From Eledone cirrhosa (taxonomy: Eukaryota): a stretch of DNA of 64,000 nt. The stretch's first letter is position 1, and every line of letters begins with the position of its first letter. Positions 55,201 through 64,000 of this stretch are shown here, piece after piece. The translations under genes and the position numbers were made by a program. The DNA is taken from positions 23,498,001 to 23,562,000 of the forward strand of contig OZ024741.1 of the NCBI GenBank assembly GCA_964016885.1, written 5' to 3'. The notes under the pieces are model-generated. The model saw only the letters and a list, made by a program, of their open reading frames with translations, was not told where the DNA came from and made no database searches.

Positions 55201-56224
55201 ATTCTGGAGCCTTCCTCATTTCTAGTACCAAACCCATAGCCTCCATGGATTTCGTCGTAGCCGTCACAATGTTGTCCAACGTGACCATTTAGGTCGCCTG
55301 CAATAATTATATAGTCACTGTCAGATATTTGGGAGGTAGTTAGCATCAGTGTCTCATAGAATCTGTCTTTTATAGTGCCGGGCAGTCCGGATTGGGGTGC
55401 GTACGCAGATATTACTTTCACCGTAGTTCTATTGAGGACAAGTCGTATTTTAATTATTCTGTCGTTCACTCTATTTACGTCTATTATCTTATCTGCCCAC
55501 TTTTCTGCTACCATGATTCCTACTCCACCCAGCCCATCGTCGTTTCCCACCCAGAAAAGCTTATAACATCGTTTTTTACCCTCAATGAATCTAGCAGACC
55601 CACCCCTCCACCTGGTCTCTTGAATACAACAAACATCGACCTCCTTACGTTCAAGCATTTCTACAACCTCGTTAGCGCGACACTTTAGGGTGCCTACATT
55701 TATGGTACCAACTCTGAAGTTTTGGATTGCGTTTGGGGGTTGGGGGCGGTGGGGGGCGGTGGGGGGCGGGGGGCGATGGGGTTATGTTAGCCGCCCGCGG
55801 TCGAAACAATGAGGAGTGCTCGCATTCTCGTCCAAGAGGTGAATTTGTCTTTATCTTTGGCATTGTCGCTGAGCGTCCAGATTTTTCTCTCTCTCCTCCA
55901 CTCTCCAGGATTCCGCAGTCCATCTATCCATCATATATCGAAAGGCAACCAGGCAAGCGATAGTATAGGCCTCTGGCTTCTGATTGGTCCGCGTAATAAT
56001 AATACTGGTGATGCGTGGGGGCTCTGGCTTATGATTGGTCCACATAATAGCAATGGTGGTGCATGGGGGTGGGAGGGAGGGGTGTTGGGTAGCTAGATAG
56101 AAGGTAATGATTGAATGGGGGTCCTTGCATTTAACAAGCGATTAACAAAAATACAAAATTTGTTCTGTTCCAATACGACAAAAACTTTTGTATCTAACAA
56201 TTAATGAATACAAAAAATGTAGAT
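52298..56224 (-). mobile_element. Near full-length RTE-clade LINE (second subfamily); the 5' end may extend to about 56835
   Basis: (GAT)n tail at 52298-52320, 3'UTR with about 3 diverged 48-bp units, an APE+RT ORF and a long upstream region. No TSD identified. Confidence 0.93.
52719..55720 (-). CDS. RTE LINE APE endonuclease / reverse transcriptase polyprotein (about 1000 aa)
   Basis: VGTINVGTL, CIQETRW, SAYAPQ, AGDLNGHVG, QVDYIL, SQHRL (APE); QFGF, DLEKAFD, QGSVLSPLLF, YADD (RT). A premature TGA lies about 12 codons before the expected end. Confidence 0.95.
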
Positions 56225-56369
56225 TGTTTTAGCAATAGATTGGCTATTTGGACTTGATACGAAATATGGAGTGTGGAGGTAGAGATGAAGAAAAATATGT
56301 ACATTACGTTACATGAATATCGTGGGATAGACAGCAAAGCAATGAAATTTGGCGAAGTGAATTTTTATC

Positions 56370-56413
<44 letters not shown>

Positions 56414-56835
56414 CTAAGAGAGAGAGAGAGAGAGAGAGAGAGAGCTAAGAGAGAGAGGGGGGGGGCGTATGATGTGTGTGTGTGTGTGTGTATTGGGCGG
56501 TTGACCGCCATGCCCTCGCGAAGTAGAGGGGGTGGGGGTCGAGGAAGCGGGAGTTTAGAGTTTCGAAAGAAGGAAGAAGGAAAGGATTTTGTTTTTTTTG
56601 TTTTGAAAATACGCTAGAATTAGGAATTGAGGTTTGAAAATACGCTAGGAATTAAGGTTTGAAAATACGCTAGATTAAGAATTAAGGAATTTATAAGAAG
56701 AAGAAGAGATAGAAGGTAATGATTGAATGGGGTCCTTGCATTTAACAAGCGATTAACAAAAATACAAAATTTGTTCTGTTCCAATACGACAAAAACTTTC
56801 GTATCTAACAATTAATGAATACAAAAAATGTAGAT
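56095..56835. repeat. 130-bp direct repeat pair (56095-56224 and 56707-56835) enclosing (TA)n(GA)n(TG)n microsatellites and three TTGAAAATACGCTAG units
   Basis: The two copies differ by one G indel and one substitution. Confidence 0.9.
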
Positions 56836-56981
56836 CAAATATTAAAAACATTTGTTCTAATATTCTGTGAGCAGTTAGAACATATATGAATTTTCTATCA
56901 AAATTTCTTCTTATATATATATACTCTTTTACATATGCATGCTTACATATATATGTAAATATATGTGTGTGTACATATATA

Positions 56982-57160
56982 TCATCATCATCATCATTTC
57001 ATTTTATGTCCGCTTTTTCCTTGCTTGCAAGGGTGGGACGGGAACTGATTCTGGCTTGATTTCTACAGCTGGATGCCCTTCCTAACACCAACCTTATTTA
57101 CAGTGAGTGCTGGGTGCTTTTTTTTTTTGCCGTGGCACCTCCATGACCACTTTGCAGTGG
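56982..57160 (-). mobile_element. RTE 3'UTR remnant
   Basis: (CAT)n tail and CTACAGCTGGATGCCCTTCCTAACACCAACC..TTTACAGTGAGTGCTGGGTGC match the reverse complement of the RTE tail. Confidence 0.8.
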
Positions 57161-58850
57161 AATGATATGAACCCCAGTCCCTATCATCTCATTTCTACAG
57201 CTGAGTAAACTGGAGCAATGTGAAATATATATACATATATCATCATCAATAATCGACTATTTTCCACATAGTATGGGTTGAGGCAAGATTGATTGGGTGA
57301 CCGTGTTTCGCTCATATAGGACTTTGTGTGTGTGTGTGTGTGTGTGTGTACAAATACACGCACACACATATATATATATTATCCATAACCATACTCTACT
57401 AGCCCAAGTATTGAGTACTCTGTTGAGTAATGGTCTAACTAGTTTCAAACTGAATCCATCCTCATTTATATATGCATATATATGTAACAGACCTCTAAAC
57501 AGTTTCTGTCCCTCCAATTTCACTTACAAGATTTGTGTTGACCTGAAGATATGGTAAAGAAACTTGCCCAAGATTCCACAGTGGAATTGAACCCAGGATC
57601 TCATGATTGTGAAGCTGACAACCATAACAACTCTGCCATCTTTTAATATTACTCCCCTAAAAACAATATCAAGTAATCAGACATCTCAACATACAAATCT
57701 ATAAGTTACAAAATACTTACTTTGGGATTTGCGAGTTTGTGGATGTAGCAGTTTAGATGATAGAGTGATAAGTTAAGGAAACAACACAATATTCTATCAA
57801 AAATTACCTATGTATCATTTCAAGCCTTTTGAAAAGTTTAATTTTTTTTTTCTACTTTCTCTTGTTTTTCTTAGAAAAAATGCCAGTCAATTGCAAGCTT
57901 AACCTCCAATAACTTACTGACATTCATCTTGAGGGGACTGAAACAATATGAAATAAAGTACCTTGATCAAAGACACATCATACTGCACAATCCAGAGATT
58001 GAACTCATAACCTTATGATCTTCAGAGAAAAACCCTAACTACTAGGCCACACAACTTTACTCTAATTATTAGTTACCAAAGAAGAAATAAAGTTAAGATT
58101 TATTAAAACCAATTTTGCAGATAACAGGGAACTATCATACACTAAATTTCACATATTTAAAAACCTCTTAATATGTTACCCATGGGAATTTGGATTAACT
58201 GATTCTGGAGATTGCAAGATTTTATGTAAACTATATATTTTTTACAGCAGTAAATGTGGCCTTGATGTTAAGGTGTTGGTCTCACAATTATAAAATAATA
58301 GGTTCAATCCCTGTGCCAGGGAGCATGTTATATATTTGAGCAAGGTACTTCATTTTATGTTGCTTCAGTCCATTCAGCTGAAAAAATGGGTACCAGCAGC
58401 TGGGATGTTGGACTAGTGTTCTCTCTTGTACTCTCAGTTGCTTAACACCACATGGGAGAGATAAAGACTTGAACTTTTAAATGAATTTTCTAGTCATCAT
58501 TAAAATATATGATATTTAGATTTTCAGTAAGATCAATTAACACAATTGTGCAACACAACGCTTATAGCAGAAGACTTGAAAGTTATTAAAATTTCACCTA
58601 AGTATTTTTCAGTTGCAAGTTCTGTACAGAAGAGATAACATCATAGTTAGTCAAGACCACAATATGGCTTTTATTTGCAGATATTGCCATTTGACTTCAA
58701 TTTGACTTGTAAAGATTTCTTACTTAGGTATTAGGTCACCCAAGTTATAAGAGAGAAGAATGAGATTGTATGATAAAATATTCATTATTTTTTCAAAGTT
58801 CAACTTGTTCTCAACTGAGAAGCAAAACTTGAAGACAGACTGTTTTAAAT

Positions 58851-59042
58851 AATAATTGTTTCTACTTTAGGCACAAGGCCAGCAATTACCCAGTGCATTA
58901 CTGGTACTTTATTTTATCGACCCCGTAAGGATGAAAGGCAAAGTCAACCTCGGCGGGATTTGAACTCAGATCGTAAAGGGACGTAACTATGCTGGAAAGC
59001 ATGGCATCCGACCCTCTACTGATACTGCCAATCCACCGCCTT
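58851..59042 (-). mobile_element. Full-length Nin/Deu-like tRNA SINE with a 17-bp target-site duplication
   Basis: Reverse complement of the 18780 SINE; CTGTTTTAAATAATAAT occurs at 58840-58856 and 59043-59059. Confidence 0.9.
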
Positions 59043-60451
59043 CTGTTTTAAATAATAATGAAATTATTGTGTACAGTGCTCAGGTGCACTACAAGCTTAC
59101 TTCTTGCAATATTACATTCACTTTTGACAAATGAAATGTCATTGAAAAAGGGCTTGAACATCACAGCACAGCACTTCCGTAAAAATAAAATCTGAGGTTT
59201 TGTAACTTAGATATAAATTGTCTTATGGAAAATACAATAGTTTTCTATTTTATATCTTTTTAGCTGTCTGTCAATTAGTTTGTCTATTTCTTGGGTAGTG
59301 GACTTAATATATCACCTAATTTAACACTACTACCTGGCTAATGGCTGCCTTTAGTAAAGTTCATTCTGCTGCAAATATTCAGACCAGATTCCCAGTTTGA
59401 GGGTAACTTACTCCATTTCTGATAAATGTCTTAGAGGCACTAAAAAGGGACATGGGTTCTGATCCTTCCTCAACTGACTAAACTATAAAAATTAAATTAA
59501 GTTTACCATTATCTATACAACATTCAATACATCATTATAGATATAATTCATAGTAAAAAGGATATTATTTATTTTTCACAGAACGAATGCAATCTTTTGG
59601 GTTCTGAAAAGAAAGTTTTGAAGATTTAAAAAAAACAAAAAGCAAAAAAAAAAAAACAGTATATACAAAACTTCAAAATAGATACAGCAAGCATTTTTAA
59701 GGCTATTTTCCCTGCTAGAGCAGGGGTTAGCCTTGCAAGCCACATAACAGACTTCATTCTCATCATGGTATCTCTTTTGAGGAAATGTTTTATGCCCAAA
59801 TGATAACTAAATCATCGGCATACAAGACTTCCCTCAAGCAGTCTTAACTCTTTCACGACTCCATTTCTAATGAATTACGCACTATTTTAATTAATTAATC
59901 TCTTGCAGTGTATTTCTCTCTCTCTATCTCTTGGTATGTATGTATCTCTCTCTCAGCATGTATTTCTCTCTCTATTTTGCCTCTCTTGGTTTTTACTCTC
60001 ATATTGTATTACACACCATCTCTCTTTCTCTCTCCACTACAGAATAGAGAAAGAGAGACAATTTCAAAACAAAATTCAGTTAATTTAATATAAAGTACTG
60101 CCAGGTATCAAGATGAATGTTACATTACTAGTCCAGTGAGATGGGTGCACAATAATATAGGTTTTCATTTCTCTAATTTCTGAGTACAAGACACACAGAG
60201 ACAACTACCGCGTGCGTGTGTGTGTGTGTACTTGTAGAGAGAGAGAGAACACTGTTTGCAGAGAATGGTGATTTCTGGATTTCTGACATGAATGAAAGCA
60301 TATTTTAGAACATTTTTGACAGATTGTAGTGTTCCTGTGACAGACAGACTAAAAAGCTGTGCTATTATTATGATATAGTTTACTACTGCTACTACTACAA
60401 CTATGGATATTTTGAATGTGACCGAGGATGGAAAGACTCTGTCCTATAAAT

Positions 60452-60657
60452 TTAACCCTTTAGCATTTAAACTGGTCATATCCGGCCAGAATTCTCTCAC
60501 CTCTTTCTCTTCAAACTGGCTGCTCATATTGACATCAAGGTATTGTTCTCAAAATAAATAAAAACAAAATCTCATAGATTTGATATTATGTGAGGCAAAA
60601 CCTTTACCATGGAAATATAATAGTACATATAGAATAATGTAAAAACTAAAGGGTTAA
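60452..60657. mobile_element. M1 piggyBac-type MITE
   Basis: TTAA|CCCTTTAG ... CTAAAGGG|TTAA; colinear with 20056-20256. Confidence 0.88.
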
Positions 60658-61005
60658 ACAATACTACTCCAATGTGGGGCTTTATTGAAAACTTGAAAAT
60701 ATATCATTGAAATTAATTTAATGATTCAAAACAACACAAAAACAGTTAAATATTTTACCATTATCATTTATTTCTCAGCGTCAAAACCATTGGTGCACTG
60801 TCAGCAACCTTGTCAATGGAACTGTGTCAGCGTTACTAACAGTGTAATGAATATTTTGACACCAAGAAATAAATTATAAATGTAAAGTGATTCTTGGGGG
60901 GGCGAGGGTCACCTCCACAATGTAATTGTTTTAGTTTCAACACATGGCCTCAGATCAAATCACTTGTCAAACAAATACAATTCTAAAATTGAAAATATTA
61001 CTTAC

Positions 61006-61051
61006 TTCCTTTGGACTGGGAGAATGGACATATTTAGCTGGAGGTCTGTGT
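61006..61051 (-). CDS. Probable small exon of the - strand gene (xHRPPAKYVHSPSPKE)
   Basis: TATTTTTCAG acceptor, GTAAGT donor, phase 2 to 0; joins the 62673 exon in frame. Confidence 0.55.
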
Positions 61052-62672
61052 CTGAAAAATATATTTAGAATATAACAGAAACAATAAAAACAAGTTTTAA
61101 CTCATTTGTGACCGTAATTTTAATGAAAGACATTGCCTATGATTATAAAATAATTTTGAAAATAATCCAGAATTTGGAGAAATTTAGTAATACGAGGTAC
61201 ACTCAAGAGGTTTTAAGTCTTTTATCAGAGACATTTATTTAACTTAGATCAACACAAAACTGTGAAGGCACATGGCTTGCAATCGAAAGGTTTTGAGTTC
61301 AATTCTCGGACCGGGTGATGTGTTGTTTCCTTGAGCAAGACACTTTATTTCCAGTTTACTCAGCTGTAGAAATGAGATGATAGGACTGGGGTCCCTATCA
61401 TTAAATTACCCAAGACACCTCCAACGAGATATATCTTGGAGAAGGCCAGCTCAACCTGCATAGGTGTGAGCTGTCACACACACACACACACATAGGTGTG
61501 AGCTGTAACACACAAAGTAGGATCTTCCAACTTCAATACACTTGTAGCGCTCCAGCCACTTCTGGAAGACCCTATTTAGTACTCCAAAGTAAACATGTCT
61601 ACTTTCATCATTATCATCAAAGTACTAATATTAAAATTGATTTGAAAGACATTGTGTGTGTGTGTTTGAATTTTAAAAAGATTTTGAAAATAATCAAGAA
61701 TATGGAGGAATTTAGTAATATATCTAACTTTCATTCTTAAATTGGACTTTCAAGTAGAACCTAACAAAGGTTCTTACAGAAAATCACAAGTTTTTAATTT
61801 AAATACTTTAGAATAAGTTGTTTTATATGATAGAATGAGGGGCAGTTATGGGGGGGGGGGGGGGGGGTTTAATATCAAAAGGATTAACCGTATTTCTAAT
61901 GAAATACGATATGTTTCAATTCATTTTGAAAATAATGATCGAGTGCATAGCTTGGGGATCAAAGAGTCACTCTAAGTAGAGCTGCTAATTTTCTGAATTA
62001 AGAGATTACAGCTCCAGATGGTTAGAATGTCACAGGAAACATACACTGGACAGATTTTACAGGCAAAAACCAACCGACAGGAGACCCAGGGGTAGGCTCC
62101 AAGCAAGATGGTTGGATAACATCCATGAACTTGGCTGATCTTGCTAGGAGATTCAGCCAGATCAGTTGGAGATGGAAGGAGTATTTGAGGACTCTTCCCC
62201 CACAGCCCTCTCAGGAATAAGTGGGACAAGAAGGTAATTGCCATCATCTTGAAAAACAAAACTGTATTTCAAAAGTGTATCTTAACAGCTTTAGAAATGG
62301 ATTATGTTTGAGTTTAAGAGGAAAGTGAAATTTTATTTCATATTTTAATATTTAACTTTTTTGATCTGAACCTGACTGAAACTGCTCCTGCTTTTAGAAT
62401 ACAAAACTGACCATTTTACAATACTCAAAGGAAAGTAGAGAATTATATATGATTATATATAATTGCCACGTCTTTTCAGAATTAGCTCAATGTGTTTATG
62501 TATTATATTGGTTTAAAGAAAATCCCATCAATATACTTGTGCCTCAGAGGGGAACTTTCTAGGTGCAAATCCCATGGTCATATATATATATACACACATG
62601 CAATTTCAGTAAAAATAGTGTAAATATTCTCTTAGAGGAACTATGTAGACATTAACATAAATGAAATCTCAC

Positions 62673-62742
62673 CTGGTTCTATAATATGAAGATGAAGAAT
62701 AATCTGAAAGACCTCCATCACTTGAGTCACCAGATCTGTCAA
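62673..62742 (-). CDS. Probable exon of the - strand gene (xDRSGDSSDGGLSDYSSSSYYRTx)
   Basis: CTTTCTTCTCCAG acceptor, CAG|GTGAG donor, phase 1 to 2. Confidence 0.6.
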
Positions 62743-63124
62743 CTGGAGAAGAAAGACATTTTAAACAATGGAATATAGGGGTACAGACATAGCTGTAAAA
62801 ATAATGAGTCACCAGATATGTCAACTGGAGAAGAAAAACATTATAACAATATAGGGGTACAGATATGGCTGTATATATAAGGAGTTTGCTTCACAATCGC
62901 ATGGTTTTCAGTTCAGTCTCATTGCAGAGCTTTTGGGCGCAAATGTCTTCTATTACTGTCTAAGGTTGATCAATGCTTTGTAAGTGAAGTTTGGTAGATG
63001 GAAACTACAGAAGCCTATTTCATGTGTCTGATGACTCTGTTATAAACAGGCAAAACTCCAGTGTAATATGACTCACTATTTAACCTTAATAAAATGAATA
63101 TATATATGTGTGTGTATATATGTA

Positions 63125-63489
63125 TGTAAAGTGGTCATGTAGGTGTCATGATAAAAATCACCCAGATCACACTGTAAAGTGGTCATGTAGGAGTCACAAC
63201 AAAAAGCCCCCAGTACACACTGTAAAGTGGTCATGTAGGAGTCACAACAAAAAGCCCCCAGTACACACTGTAAAGTGGTCATGTAGGAGTCACAACAAAA
63301 AGCCCCCAGTACACACTGTAAATGTGATTAGTGTTAGGAAAGACATCCAGCTGTAGAAACCAAGCCAAAATCAATTCTGCATAAGCAAGACATGGTTACC
63401 TGACCTGGCTTTTTTGACAATGGGACAACTCGTTTAACCCATGCTAGCATGGAAAAAATGGATATTAAACAGTAATGACAATGATGATG
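63125..63489 (+). mobile_element. RTE 3'UTR remnant with the 48-bp unit in about 4 tandem copies (63125-63322)
   Basis: TGTTAGGAAAGACATCCAGCTGTAGAAACCAAGCC...AACCCATGCTAGCATGG...GATGATGA matches 49930-50093. Confidence 0.88.
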
Positions 63490-63547
63490 ACACACATGTG
63501 TGAGTGGAGCAATGAAATAAAGAGGAAAGGGTCCCTTAGATACCTAC

Positions 63548-63612
63548 CTTTCCTCTGACATTTGTATAATTTCTGGGATCTGTTGGTACTTTTTCCAGAC
63601 TTGCGGCAGTTA
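63548..63612 (-). CDS. Probable exon of the - strand gene (xNCRKSGKSTNRSQKLYKCQRKx)
   Basis: TCTTTATATTTAAAG acceptor, AAG|GTAGG donor, phase 2 to 1, in frame with the 62742 exon. Confidence 0.5.
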
Positions 63613-64000
63613 CTTTAAATATAAAGACAACAAATTCAAATTATGTAGTTCTATATATTTAAGATGAGTTATAAGATTAGAATTCTTCTGATTATTAACC
63701 TCAGAGATGCAAACTTCCTTGTTCTGTTGATGAATTATCCCATTCTACATAATGATATAATTCTCCTTGCATATATTTTGCTCATCTCAAGGGAATGTCC
63801 TCATGCTACAATTATGTCTTTCTATTTTTTAAAGGCAATATTTGGCTGTAATGTTTTTTTTTTTACTTCTGTGTCTACAGATTGGTATTTCTTAGTTTCA
63901 GATGAGCCCACTTAAGGTGAAAGCAGAAATTATTTGTTTAAACTTTTAATCTGCTCTAATAATCTGTCATATATATATATATATATATATATATTCCATT

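Noticed and set aside
47810-55688. Antisense ORFs overlapping the RTE ORFs
   Set aside because: Shadow frames of the LINE coding sequence with no independent motifs.
57721-59440. Candidate extra minus-strand exons (57721-57793, 58598-58621, 58724-58814, 59101-59191, 59412-59439)
   Set aside because: Each has GT/AG-like ends, but I could not build one convincing chain linking 61006 to 50491; not supportable without transcripts.

Overview
AT-rich, repeat-dominated eukaryotic (animal) genomic DNA. The SINE heads and tails, (GAT)n-tailed RTE LINEs and microsatellite load look cephalopod/octopus-like (inference). About half of the window is tandem DNA: a 46-bp satellite (1-18053), a 41-bp satellite (20509-23209), a 37-bp minisatellite (24115-24511), a 47/48-bp satellite (28300-37069) and a 72-bp satellite with an internal inversion (38497-41096). 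The rest holds a spliced + strand gene (five phase-compatible exons, 18166-37516), a probable convergent - strand gene (exons 50361-63612), a 5'-truncated degenerate Ty3/Gypsy element, two large RTE-clade LINE copies plus several 3' remnants, tRNA-derived SINEs and several MITE families. The main observation is that each of these five arrays resembles a short segment of a transposon that is also present unexpanded in the window: the RTE 3'UTR unit (46- and 48-bp arrays), a TTAA/piggyBac-type MITE (72-bp array), a SINE head (41-bp array) and a SINE tail (37-bp array). Intermediate copy numbers are also visible. Most long ORFs in the supplied track are satellite artefacts. No CRISPR array, rRNA or true tRNA gene was seen. 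Everything was read by eye, so coordinates and copy numbers are approximate unless stated.
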